Shown: positions 9,814 to 19,524 of the stretch, one piece after another
Layout of the letters: each line of letters begins with the position of its first letter
How positions within the stretch are numbered: the stretch's first letter is position 1
Source: an uncultured Nitrospiraceae bacterium
Lineage (GTDB): Bacteria > Nitrospirota > Nitrospiria > Nitrospirales > Nitrospiraceae
Length of the DNA: 64,000 nt
NCBI GenBank assembly: GCA_963706325.1
Contig: CAVPLT010000001.1
Span: 1,120,001-1,184,000, forward strand
Direction of reading: 5' to 3'
Notes under the pieces: model-generated
The model's input: the letters and a program-made list of their open reading frames with translations, nothing else
Database searches by the model: none
What the model was told of the DNA's origin: nothing
Position numbers and translations under genes: made by a program

Positions 9814-11064
9814 ATGCAGGATCGACCCACCAGACGTGTCGTGGTCACCGGTCTCGGACTGGTCACCCCTCTGGGAACCGGAGTGGAGAAGACTTGGAAG
9901 GCGCTCTGCGCCGGGGAGTCCGGCATCGGCCGCATCACGCGATTCGACCCGACCGGCTATGACGCGCAGATTGCCGGGGAGGTCAAGGATTTCGATCCGG
10001 CGCAGTTCATCGAGAAAAAAGAAATCAAGAAGATGGACACCTTCATCCACTACGCGGTGGGGGCGAGTCACCTCGCGGTGGACGATGCGAAACTCACAGT
10101 TTCGCCCGAGGAGGCTACTCGCGTCGGGGTCTATATTGGGTCCGGTATCGGCGGCCTGGGCTCTATTGAGCATTACCACGATGTGCTCAAGGAAAAGGGC
10201 CCGGGCCGGGTTTCGCCTTTTTTTATACCGATGACGATCATCAACCTGGCTTCAGGCCAGGTGGCCATCCGAATTGGCGCTAAGGGGCCCAATTCCTGTG
10301 CGGTTACGGCCTGCGCGACAGGTAATCATTGTATTGGTGATGCGAGTCGGCTTATTCAACGAAATGATGCGGATGTGATGATCGCCGGAGGCGCGGAAGC
10401 GGCCATCACGCCATTGGGTGTAGCCGGGTTTGCGTCAGCCAAAGCCCTCTCCTTTAGAAACGACGAACCGACCAAAGCTAGTCGGCCATTCGACAAAGAT
10501 CGAGATGGATTCGTATTGGGTGAGGGAGCAGGGGTGGTCGTGCTTGAAGAACTCGAGCATGCCCGAAAGCGCGGCGCACGCATCTATGCCGAAGTCATCG
10601 GGTATGCGATGAATAGCGATGCGTACCATATCACCGCCCCGCCTGAGGAGGGCGAAGGCGCCGTTCGTTGCATGGAAATGGCATTGAAGGATGCCGGCGT
10701 CGCAAAAACGGATATCGGCTATATCAACGCCCATGGCACGTCGACCATGGCGGATGCCGTTGAGACCAAGGCTATCAAACAGGTATTTGGGGCGCAGGCC
10801 TATCACATTCCAATCAGTTCGACGAAATCCATGACAGGGCATTTGTTGGGTGCGGCAGGCGGAATCGAGGCAATATTCAGTATTCTTGCGCTCTACCACA
10901 GCATATTGCCCCCAACGATCAACCTTGATCAGCCTGACCCCGCGTGTGATCTTGATTACGTGCCGAATCACGCGCGCCCGGCCAAGCCCCAAGTCGTGCT
11001 GTCCAATTCCTTCGGCTTCGGCGGGGTGAATGCCTGTCTGATCTTTCGCCGGTGTGATCCCTAA
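9814..11064 (+). CDS. fabF: 3-oxoacyl-ACP synthase II
   Basis: [36 protein letters not shown]. Confidence 0.97.
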   Translation: MQDRPTRRVVVTGLGLVTPLGTGVEKTWKALCAGESGIGRITRFDPTGYDAQIAGEVKDFDPAQFIEKKEIKKMDTFIHYAVGASHLAVDDAKLTVSPEEATRVGVYIGSGIGGLGSIEHYHDVLKEKGPGRVSPFFIPMTIINLASGQVAIRIGAKGPNSCAVTACATGNHCIGDASRLIQRNDADVMIAGGAEAAITPLGVAGFASAKALSFRNDEPTKASRPFDKDRDGFVLGEGAGVVVLEELEHARKRGARIYAEVIGYAMNSDAYHITAPPEEGEGAVRCMEMALKDAGVAKTDIGYINAHGTSTMADAVETKAIKQVFGAQAYHIPISSTKSMTGHLLGAAGGIEAIFSILALYHSILPPTINLDQPDPACDLDYVPNHARPAKPQVVLSNSFGFGGVNACLIFRRCDP

Positions 11065-11091
11065 TTCCCTGCTCATCGCGAGTCGATTCTT

Positions 11092-11799
11092 ATGACGCCG
11101 GTAACGTCAATGGAGACGGTCCAGCGCCTCCTGGGCTATCGCTTCCATCAGCTTCGTCTGCTGGAAGAAGCGCTGACGCACAAATCTTTTTCCAACGAGC
11201 GGCGCAGCAAGGATCGAACCCAAAACGAACGGCTTGAGTTTCTTGGCGATGCGGTGCTGTCGCTCGTGATGAGTGAGTATCTTGCCGGGGAATTTCCAGA
11301 CAGTAGTGAGGGTGGGCTCTCTAAACTGAAAGCGCAACTCGTCAGCGAGGCCTCGCTTGCGAGGGCAGCTCGGCGCATGAAGCTGGGTCGTCTATTACGA
11401 TTGGGAAGAGGGGAAGAACTTTCAAAAGGGCGCGAGAAACATTCTCTACTGGCAGATGCCCTGGAGGCATTGATTGCGGCAGTCTATTTGGATGGCGGGC
11501 TTGAAGCCAGTCGAACGTTCACCTTGCGAGTACTCGAAGAAGAACTGCTGGCGACCCGTGCAGAGCAAGCCCATCCTGGGATGGATGATTACAAAACTCA
11601 ACTCCAGGAGGCATGTCAAAAACGTTTCGAGACCTTGCCGCGTTACGTAACCGTCAAAGAGTCTGGTCCTGATCATGAAAAAGTGTTTGAAGTCGAGCTA
11701 ACAATTCAGGGTATCATAAGTGGAGTCGGACATGGTCACAGCAAAAAAGAAGCCGAACAAATGGCCGCAAAAGAAGCACTGACGCAGTTCCGGGCGTGA
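11092..11799 (+). CDS. rnc: Ribonuclease III
   Basis: NERLEFLGDAVL signature and a C-terminal dsRBD (SKKEAEQMAA). Confidence 0.97.
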   Translation: MTPVTSMETVQRLLGYRFHQLRLLEEALTHKSFSNERRSKDRTQNERLEFLGDAVLSLVMSEYLAGEFPDSSEGGLSKLKAQLVSEASLARAARRMKLGRLLRLGRGEELSKGREKHSLLADALEALIAAVYLDGGLEASRTFTLRVLEEELLATRAEQAHPGMDDYKTQLQEACQKRFETLPRYVTVKESGPDHEKVFEVELTIQGIISGVGHGHSKKEAEQMAAKEALTQFRA

Positions 11800-11833
11800 G
11801 GCGACAACGGTGGATCAGTTGAAAGGGGGCAGG

Positions 11834-12484
11834 ATGGCACACACTCAATGGATGAAGACGTGGGGAATTGTGAGTATAACGAGTTTACTGATCGCGGGTG
11901 GTATGACGGGAGTTTGTTCAGCGGCTGACTCTGCGTCCTCCGGCAATGAATCTGTGAACACCGGCAACGCGAGGGCGATCATAAAGACCAAATTCGGGGA
12001 TATGGAGATCAAATTTCTGCCCGACGTAGCTCCAAATCATGTCGAGAATTTTCTCAAACTGGCCAAGTCCGGATTTTATAACGGTACAATTTTTCACCGT
12101 GCGATCCCAGGCTTTATGATCCAAGGCGGCGACCCGAATACCAAAGATTCGTTGAAGAAGAATGCGTATGGCCAGGGTGGCCCAGGGCACACTGTAAAAG
12201 GTGAGTTTAGCGACCTGCCTCATAAGCGTGGCATGGTGTCGATGGCTCGTGCCAACGAGCCGGATAGCGCGGGATCGCAGTTTTTTATTGTTGTGGAAGA
12301 GTCACGATTTCTAGATCGCAAATACACGATCTTCGGTGAGGTGGTCAAAGGAATCGGGGTCGCGGATAAAATTGTCGCGTTGCCGAGAGTCATGTGCCAA
12401 ACGGGTGCGCCGACCCCTGCAGACAAAGGGCCCTGTGACAATCCGATTGATCGTGTGGAAATGACGGTCACGATTGTGGAATAA
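11834..12484 (+). CDS. Cyclophilin-type peptidyl-prolyl isomerase with N-terminal signal peptide (start 11810 or 11834)
   Basis: FYNGTIFHR, FMIQGGD, SMARA, SAGSQFFI, YTIFGEV; hydrophobic leader. Confidence 0.92.
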   Translation: MAHTQWMKTWGIVSITSLLIAGGMTGVCSAADSASSGNESVNTGNARAIIKTKFGDMEIKFLPDVAPNHVENFLKLAKSGFYNGTIFHRAIPGFMIQGGDPNTKDSLKKNAYGQGGPGHTVKGEFSDLPHKRGMVSMARANEPDSAGSQFFIVVEESRFLDRKYTIFGEVVKGIGVADKIVALPRVMCQTGAPTPADKGPCDNPIDRVEMTVTIVE

Positions 12485-12693
12485 ATCGAGGCAGGCGCGT
12501 GTCAGCCAAGTATCCGTTCAGTTTTCTTGTCCTGATACGCTTTGATGTCTCAGGTCTGAGCTGTCGCGTTCCGTGTAACCCTGTTCGCCATCGATATGGC
12601 GAACAGAATCTTCTGCCGATCTCCTTACCTTCGAAAAAAGATTCTTTGTCAGTGATCGAGCCGGCGTAGTCCGCTAGGAACCCCTAAAGCCGA

Positions 12694-13302
12694 CTAAAAA
12701 GGTTGGTTGTTTTGTTGGGCGCGGACCAGCGTTAACAAATGCGCGAAAGCTTTTGTCACCCGCTCGGCATGAGACGCGGATCGAAACAGTAACGTGTCTT
12801 CAGGAAATTGGGCTTCGAGCTCCGCGATCGCCCCGGTACAAAAACTGGTTTTCATCACGCAGGGGCTGCTACTCATGCAGGTGAAACGAACCCCGTAGAG
12901 GACCAGGTTGTTCTCACGACTGTCCTGTCCTCGGTACGCGATCGTATCGATGTCATGCAGGTCGAAATGGGTGAAGCCGGTATTCACCTCGTCATGGCCA
13001 TGATTGAGCTCAACGGCTCCGAGCTTCGTTCCAGTTGGAATGACGCTATACACTTCGGTGATTTTCGTCGCTTTTCCGGCTTTAGGGTTTCTGCAACTGA
13101 GGCTGCGAACAAAACCGTGGGTGTTGGCCATGTCGCCAATGAACTGGACAGTCTCGTCGACAGTTTGACTGATGGCCGCAGTTGGACAGAATAGGGCCAG
13201 TGCCAACGCCCACAGCAGGCTTGAGAGATGGTAGGACCCGGAACGAGGGCTCATCTTGCCGTCATGCATGGTGGTTCTCCCTGAATCGCTGTCGCTGTTC
13301 AT
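12694..13302 (-). CDS. Hypothetical exported protein (start may be downstream)
   Basis: Signal-peptide-like segment LLWALALALFCPTAAIS followed by a Cys-containing domain; no family recognised. Confidence 0.65.
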   Translation of the reverse strand: MNSDSDSGRTTMHDGKMSPRSGSYHLSSLLWALALALFCPTAAISQTVDETVQFIGDMANTHGFVRSLSCRNPKAGKATKITEVYSVIPTGTKLGAVELNHGHDEVNTGFTHFDLHDIDTIAYRGQDSRENNLVLYGVRFTCMSSSPCVMKTSFCTGAIAELEAQFPEDTLLFRSASHAERVTKAFAHLLTLVRAQQNNQPF

Positions 13303-13422
13303 GTCTGGAGGATCCTTACCCTACTGAAACTTCTGCGACACTGCAAATCCGTATTGAGGGGACGCGAGAGGACACGAGGCAAGGTGTAGAGGCCAGCGCC
13401 TCCATTCAATTGCGGAATGGGT

Positions 13423-14313
13423 TCAAGCTTCTTGTGCGATTTCTGCCGGAGGAATGGCCGGAAAAATAGTCGGTTCGAGAGGCATGATAGGCGAAAAGTC
13501 GGTCAGTTCGGCAATCGGCGCGAATCGGAATGTGGTCATGAGCGTAGAGATCCGGAATTCCATCTTGTTTAAATTCCGGTAATGGAGCAGTTGGGAAAGA
13601 AATGTCCCCTCCATGTGCGGTTGCAGGGGGTCAAGCTCCCATGGATGAAAATACATGATTAAGGGGCGGCCCTGTCGTTCTATGCGTTTCAGCAACCGAC
13701 ACAATACTGAAAAAGGAAGGAGACGAAAATAGCTCCCCCCGGCAATAGGGAGCCGCAGCCCACCGAGGTTCACCGTGGAGGGGGGGATTTCCCAAAGGGG
13801 GCCTGAAGAGGTTTGTCGCAGATGGTGCCAAGGGTCCGATCCAGGAATACCGCAATGGTCATGTCGGATGGGGACGACGCTCGAGTCATACGTATAGCCT
13901 TCTTCTGCCAAAATCGGTAGAGCCCAGAGGGTTTCCCGGGTAATGGTGAAGCCAGGCGCCCGATAACCCTGGACGGGCGCACCCGTGAGGTCTTCAAGAA
14001 TCTGTTTGGCTTTTCTGACGTCTGCACGAAATAATTCTGGCGTTTGTGCCGTGACCAGCTCATGCCCGTATCCATGGGATGCGACTTCATGTCCGCACTC
14101 GACGATTTGCTTGATCAGCCCTGGATGACGTTCAGCGACCCAACCCAATACAAAAAAGGTAGCTCTGGTTTGATAACGAGCGAGAAGATCGAGCAGTTTG
14201 CAGGTGTTTGGGGTTACCCGACTCTCAAACGATCCCCAATGCCGCCGGCGAATCGGGGAGTCGAATCGGGATACTTGAAAGTGTTCTTCGATGTCGAATG
14301 TTAGGCAATGCAC
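13423..14313 (-). CDS. Polysaccharide deacetylase (NodB/CE4, XrtA/PEP-CTERM-associated subfamily-like)
   Basis: TFDIEEH, ATFFVLGWVAE, HEVASHGYGH, GYRAPGF, YDSS, GGSYFR, YFHPWELD. Confidence 0.88.
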   Translation of the reverse strand: MHCLTFDIEEHFQVSRFDSPIRRRHWGSFESRVTPNTCKLLDLLARYQTRATFFVLGWVAERHPGLIKQIVECGHEVASHGYGHELVTAQTPELFRADVRKAKQILEDLTGAPVQGYRAPGFTITRETLWALPILAEEGYTYDSSVVPIRHDHCGIPGSDPWHHLRQTSSGPLWEIPPSTVNLGGLRLPIAGGSYFRLLPFSVLCRLLKRIERQGRPLIMYFHPWELDPLQPHMEGTFLSQLLHYRNLNKMEFRISTLMTTFRFAPIAELTDFSPIMPLEPTIFPAIPPAEIAQEA

Positions 14314-14631
14314 AGGCGAATTCCTTACCGGCTGTAGGGTATTCCATACAAGGAGAGATATTTCAAGTGGGCCGTCCGGGATGGGAATGTGAGATTCACA
14401 ACGAGCCCCTTTCGACGTGCTTTGTATACTACGTGTGCAGCACTAAGTAAAGCAATGTTTGAGCCTTTAGTATTACCCAGTATTTTCAGTATGATAGGCT
14501 GAAATTAGATTCCTGAGCCTATGAAACGTATCCAGCATAAGATGGCTAGTGTATCCATAAAGATACTGCTTGGAATTGCAATAAGATGGGGTAGAGCATG
14601 GACCGGAAGACCGCTCGAATCCGAGGTTCCG

Positions 14632-15882
14632 TTAGGCGGCCCGTTTGTTAGCCTCAGTGTCTGGCAGGAGCTGTTGGAGTGGTATCGTCAAATGGAACAT
14701 GGAGCCACTTCCTGGCTCACTTTCTGCGCCAATGTGACCTCCCATCAATTCCACCAATTGTTTGCAAATGGCGAGTCCCAAGCCCGTCCCTCCATATTTT
14801 CTAGTCGTAGACCCATCCGCTTGCACAAATGGTTGGAACAGCTTGGAGAAGGCGCTGGGGGCAATCCCAATTCCATTATCAGAGACAGAAAACCGGACGT
14901 GTATGACCCTGTTGTGGTCGCTTGAGGTTTCACCATAACGGATGGCTGGAAATTCGAGGCGCTGTTCAGGCGGCCGCTGATCGAGATCCACGTGGACAGA
15001 TACCGTTCCGTGATCGCTGAACTTGATCGCATTGGCGAGTAAGTTGCTCAGAATCTGCTGTAGTCTGCAAGGATCGCCAAGTAGCCCCGTCGGCACCCCA
15101 TCGGCGATCTGGGAGGTCAATACCAAGCCTTTCCTTTGGGCTCGTTCGGTAAAGAGCGCCACGACTCGATTGAGAAATATGGGCAATTCAAAGTTCAGTA
15201 ATTCGAGCGACAGCTTTCCGGACTCGATCTTGGAGAAGTCGAGAATATCGTTGATGATGACCATCAAGGCATCGCCCGAAGAACGGATGGTTTGTGCACA
15301 GTCCTGCTGTTCAGCTGTGAGTGTCGTATCCAGGAGCCAGTCTGTCATTCCCAGCACGCCGTTCATGGGAGTACGTATCTCATGACTCATGGTGGCAAGG
15401 AATTCCGACTTCAGTCTGGCTCCTTCAATGGCCGCATCGCGGGCCTGCGTCAATGTGGCTTGGCTGGCTCGGAGTTCCTGTAGGACTTGGTTGGCTCGAA
15501 CCATATAGCGGATGCGATGAGTCAGCAGCACCGCGTTCAATGGCTTGACGATAAAATCTGTTGCGCCGGCGTCGTAGGCTTTTGTGATCGAGTCAAAATC
15601 ATCCAATCCGGTCATAATGAGAATTGGCGTGTGTTCGCCGTTCGGCAGTCGACGTAAAGCCGCACAAGTGCTAAATCCATCCATTCCGGGCATCATGACA
15701 TCAAGCAATACGACATCAGGCGGGCGGCGTTGAAAAGCTGCCCAGGCTTCCTGTCCGTTTGGAGCTTCCTCGACAATCCAGCCGGCCTGTTCCAGCGCTT
15801 CCCGAGCAAACATGCGGATGATGAGATCGTCATCCGCCACTAGGGCAAGTGGGCTTCGTCCTGATATGAGAGGGTTATTCAT
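14632..15882 (-). CDS. Hybrid sensor kinase: REC-HisKA-HATPase
   Basis: N-terminal receiver (DDD, LLDVMMP, KP); H-box MSHEIRTPMNG; N box NAIKF; G boxes DNGIG and GGTGLGL. Confidence 0.93.
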   Translation of the reverse strand: MNNPLISGRSPLALVADDDLIIRMFAREALEQAGWIVEEAPNGQEAWAAFQRRPPDVVLLDVMMPGMDGFSTCAALRRLPNGEHTPILIMTGLDDFDSITKAYDAGATDFIVKPLNAVLLTHRIRYMVRANQVLQELRASQATLTQARDAAIEGARLKSEFLATMSHEIRTPMNGVLGMTDWLLDTTLTAEQQDCAQTIRSSGDALMVIINDILDFSKIESGKLSLELLNFELPIFLNRVVALFTERAQRKGLVLTSQIADGVPTGLLGDPCRLQQILSNLLANAIKFSDHGTVSVHVDLDQRPPEQRLEFPAIRYGETSSDHNRVIHVRFSVSDNGIGIAPSAFSKLFQPFVQADGSTTRKYGGTGLGLAICKQLVELMGGHIGAESEPGSGSMFHLTIPLQQLLPDTEANKRAA

Positions 15883-18800
15883 AGCTGCTTTCCCTTTGCG
15901 ATCTCGTTTCGAAATACTGCGCAGGCAAACAGGTAGTCCGATTCTAGTTGCGCGAGGACGCGGTCCGCATCGATCAGATGTTTTCGACTAGCCATGGTTT
16001 CTAGCGCCTGGCATTGCGCGGCGAGGGCGACCGCTCCGAGCTGAGCGCTACTCGATTTAAGTCGGTGTGCGATCGCTTGTAGCGTCGCGGGGTCGTTCAC
16101 GCGAATCGCATCTCCGAGGGCATCCACGCTGTCTCGTGAATAGTCGAGATACTTCCGAAGAATGGACGCCAGTACATCCGGCCGGTTGGGACGTTGCAAT
16201 TTGCGGATGCCGGCCAGAGCGGTCAGGTCTATACCGGCAGGCGCCGTCAACGTCTTCCTCTCCACCACGGTTGTTGATGGGGACGAGTCAGGTATTGCGG
16301 CTGAATCGGGCGAGGCCGATACAGAAATTGATGCGGTTGGTTCCGTAACTTTCTTGGACAACCATTTGAGTACCATATCGCCTAACTGCATCTGACTGTA
16401 CGGTTTGGTCAGATAGTCATCCATGCCGGTTACGAGACATTGATCGCGGTATCCTTGCATGGCGTGTGCTGTCAAAGCGATGATAGGCACTCGACGTCGC
16501 CCCAAAAAAACCTCACGCTGACGGATTTGTCCCGTGGCCGTGAACCCATCCATTTCAGGCATCTGACAGTCCATAAAAATCATGTCGAGATTTTCTAGAT
16601 CAGCAGCCAGCAAGGCTTGTCGGCCATTCTCCGCCACCTCAACCTCGTAGCCGAGTCGTTCCAGCATGCCGACAGCAACCTCTCGATTGACCGGGCTGTC
16701 CTCGGCCAGCAGGATTCGACCGTTCGGTTTTGGGAAAGGCTTGTCAGCTATAGAAGAGGATGATGACGAAGGAAGTACGTTTAAGGCTTGTTCAGATGCG
16801 AAATATGCCGTGGGCAATGGCGCGCAAGGATTGAGCTTCTTGGGTAACCCTGCTCCAAGGGATTGCCGGTCGAGCCGCGCCGTAAAGGCGAAGGTCGAAC
16901 CGCTCCCAGCTACGCTATCCACCGTAATGGTTCCGCCCATGAGTGTCACCAACTGCTTGGCAATGGTGAGACCTAATCCGGTCCCGCCGTACCGTCGGGT
17001 GGTGGATCCATCGGCCTGTGAAAAAGCGTCAAAGATGCGAGATTTAGCGGCTGCCGCTATGCCGATGCCACTGTCGGCTACTGCGAGCTGTAAGAGGACC
17101 TGGCTAGGCGTGCTTTCCAGCAGTGTGGTGGTCAAAGAGATTGTGCCGGTCTCGGTAAATTTAATCGCGTTGCTCAGGAGATTCATGAGGATTTGACGGA
17201 ACCTGACCGGATCACCCATGAGATAAAGTGGGACGTCTGCGCCGATGTGATGGGTAAGCCGGATTTGCTTCCGTCGCGCCGCTTCCACGAACAGCTCGAG
17301 CGATTCCGAAAGCATTTGAGAGAGATCAAAACCGACGGATTCCAATTCCAATTTGCCGGCTTCAACCTTAGAGAAATCCAAGATATCGTTAATGATCGCG
17401 AGAAGGGTTCTTCCCGAACGGTGCACGATCGAAGCGAGATGCCGTTGCTTGTCCGTGAGCTCGCTATTGAGTAGTAGTTCGGTGGTGCCAAGAACGCCGT
17501 TCATGGGGGTGCGAATTTCATGACTCATGTTGGCGAGAAATTCGCTTTTGGATTTACTGGCCGCCTCGGCGGCTTCTTTCGCCGCTCGAAGCTCCTCTTC
17601 GGTGCGTTTCCGATCAGTGGTATCGATGTGAATGCCGACCATGCGTGAGGCTACGCCGTGGCCATCTCGGATGACACAGCCTCGCGAAAGGATCCACCGA
17701 TAAGAGCCATCTCGATGCCGAAGACGATGTTCGTACTCAAATTGGTTCATTGTGCCTTTGAGGGCAGCTTGTAAGGTTTCAAAAGTCCGTTGTCGATCAT
17801 CCTTATGAATGCGTGAGTTCCAGGCTTCAAAGTCATTCGTGAGCGTGGAATCGTCGTGGCCGAGGTGATGTTTCCACTGTGTGGAGAGATAGACCGTGTT
17901 CGTCGCGACGTTCCAGTCCCAGATTCCAATGTGCGAGCCTCGCACCGTCATCGCCAAACGCTCTTCGCTCGTGCGTAGCGCTTCTTCAGCCCGTTTCCGT
18001 TCCGTAATGTCCACCACAAATGCCGTGAAGGTGTAGGCATTCTCCAAGCGCAGCGGAGTAATGGCCAACTCGATTGGAAATTCAATGCCATCGCGACGCA
18101 GCGCGGTGATTTCGATCCGCTTGTTCATGACCGGTCCCTCACCGGTCTTGAGAAACCGCTCGAGTCCGCGTTGGTGCGCCTCGCGGTGGGCGAAAGGGAC
18201 GATGGTGTCCGTCATGGCGCGGCCGAGGGCTTCATGACGCGTCCATCCGAAGATTTGTTCGGCTTGAACGTTCCAGTCGATGATGATCCCCTGGTCATCC
18301 ATTCCGATGACTCCGCTGATCGCGGTGTCGATGATCAGTCTCGTCCGGCCCTCGCTTTTACGCAGGGATCGCTCTGCTTGGAGGCGTTCGGCTGCTTCCA
18401 GAGCGAGAGAGACAAGAGAGGCGATGGCGTAGCCAAACTGCTGTTCCTCCAGCAGCCAGGTCCGCGCTGGGCCGACATGTTCCTGGCGGAGAACGCCCAC
18501 GAGTCGGCCCATGAATCGAATCGGGATATCGAGCAGGGCCGTTATGCCCAGAGGGGTGAGGTAGCTCTCGGCGAACTCGGATGTGCGGGGGTCGTGTATG
18601 GCGTCAGAGGCATCGATGACACGTTCGGCGAGTAATTCTTCAAAAAAAGTGGGATAGGCAGTCCTTCGCAATTCCATCCCAAACGAGTGTCGATCGCTGG
18701 GCGCTTCATAGAGGTCTTTACACTCCAGACTACCTCGCTCCTCATTGAATAGCCAAATACTTGACCGGCTCACGCGCAAGGCCGAGGCGGTAGCGCGGGT

Positions 18801-19517
18801 GATTTCTTTCAGCGCATGTTCCAATAATCCACTTTGAAGGATAGAGTTTCGAGTCAGATCGAGCAAAGCGGCTTGCTGCCTCCGCAACAGTGCTTCGGCG
18901 TGCAGGCGGCTATCCTCTCCTTGCTTTCGGTCGGTGATATCACGAAAGACGAGCACGGCACCGGCGACACAATTCTCCCGAACGATAGGCGCCAAGACAT
19001 AGGAGACGGGAAATGCGTGCCCGGCGGTCGTGGTAAGCAAGCCGTCATCTGTCCGAAACGTATCCCCCTGCGCCGTTTCTTCCAATAAAATTTGAGTAAA
19101 AATTGGCTCAGTCAGGCTGGTACCGGATGACAGTGAGATGATGGCAGGCAGCGGCCGGCCGACCACCTCAGCTTCGGTGCAAGCGCATAGGCGTTGGCCC
19201 TCGAGATTCAGTAGCAGGATATTCCAGTTCTGATCGACGACACAGAGCCCGTCGCCGAGAGACCGGAGCACGGTTTGCAGCTTGTCTCGCTCTTCCGTAA
19301 GTCGGCTTTCGGACGTGCGGCGCAGCTGCTCATTGAGTGCCTGCATCTCTCTTGAGGAGAGGGCGATCGAACGCTCCAGAAGTTCAAACCCCTGCTCGGA
19401 CTCAACATAACTCTGGTTCACCCGCGCAAGTAGTTGCTGCCAGGTGTCGAGTGATGAGGGGATAGTGGCGGCATCCAGTCCCAGGCGCTTGAGCTGTCGT
19501 GCGAGCAGCGGATGCAT
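15879..19517 (-). CDS. Cytoplasmic hybrid histidine kinase: PAS-GAF-PAS-PAS-HisKA-HATPase-REC-Hpt
   Basis: PAS/PAC closers (FRDITDRK, VDITERK, DTTDRK), a GAF segment, MSHEIRTPMNG, receiver (AED, MDCQMP, KP) and Hpt AHRLKSSS; no transmembrane segment seen. Confidence 0.93.
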   Translation of the reverse strand: MHPLLARQLKRLGLDAATIPSSLDTWQQLLARVNQSYVESEQGFELLERSIALSSREMQALNEQLRRTSESRLTEERDKLQTVLRSLGDGLCVVDQNWNILLLNLEGQRLCACTEAEVVGRPLPAIISLSSGTSLTEPIFTQILLEETAQGDTFRTDDGLLTTTAGHAFPVSYVLAPIVRENCVAGAVLVFRDITDRKQGEDSRLHAEALLRRQQAALLDLTRNSILQSGLLEHALKEITRATASALRVSRSSIWLFNEERGSLECKDLYEAPSDRHSFGMELRRTAYPTFFEELLAERVIDASDAIHDPRTSEFAESYLTPLGITALLDIPIRFMGRLVGVLRQEHVGPARTWLLEEQQFGYAIASLVSLALEAAERLQAERSLRKSEGRTRLIIDTAISGVIGMDDQGIIIDWNVQAEQIFGWTRHEALGRAMTDTIVPFAHREAHQRGLERFLKTGEGPVMNKRIEITALRRDGIEFPIELAITPLRLENAYTFTAFVVDITERKRAEEALRTSEERLAMTVRGSHIGIWDWNVATNTVYLSTQWKHHLGHDDSTLTNDFEAWNSRIHKDDRQRTFETLQAALKGTMNQFEYEHRLRHRDGSYRWILSRGCVIRDGHGVASRMVGIHIDTTDRKRTEEELRAAKEAAEAASKSKSEFLANMSHEIRTPMNGVLGTTELLLNSELTDKQRHLASIVHRSGRTLLAIINDILDFSKVEAGKLELESVGFDLSQMLSESLELFVEAARRKQIRLTHHIGADVPLYLMGDPVRFRQILMNLLSNAIKFTETGTISLTTTLLESTPSQVLLQLAVADSGIGIAAAAKSRIFDAFSQADGSTTRRYGGTGLGLTIAKQLVTLMGGTITVDSVAGSGSTFAFTARLDRQSLGAGLPKKLNPCAPLPTAYFASEQALNVLPSSSSSSIADKPFPKPNGRILLAEDSPVNREVAVGMLERLGYEVEVAENGRQALLAADLENLDMIFMDCQMPEMDGFTATGQIRQREVFLGRRRVPIIALTAHAMQGYRDQCLVTGMDDYLTKPYSQMQLGDMVLKWLSKKVTEPTASISVSASPDSAAIPDSSPSTTVVERKTLTAPAGIDLTALAGIRKLQRPNRPDVLASILRKYLDYSRDSVDALGDAIRVNDPATLQAIAHRLKSSSAQLGAVALAAQCQALETMASRKHLIDADRVLAQLESDYLFACAVFRNEIAKGKQL

Positions 19518-19524
19518 AGCGTAA

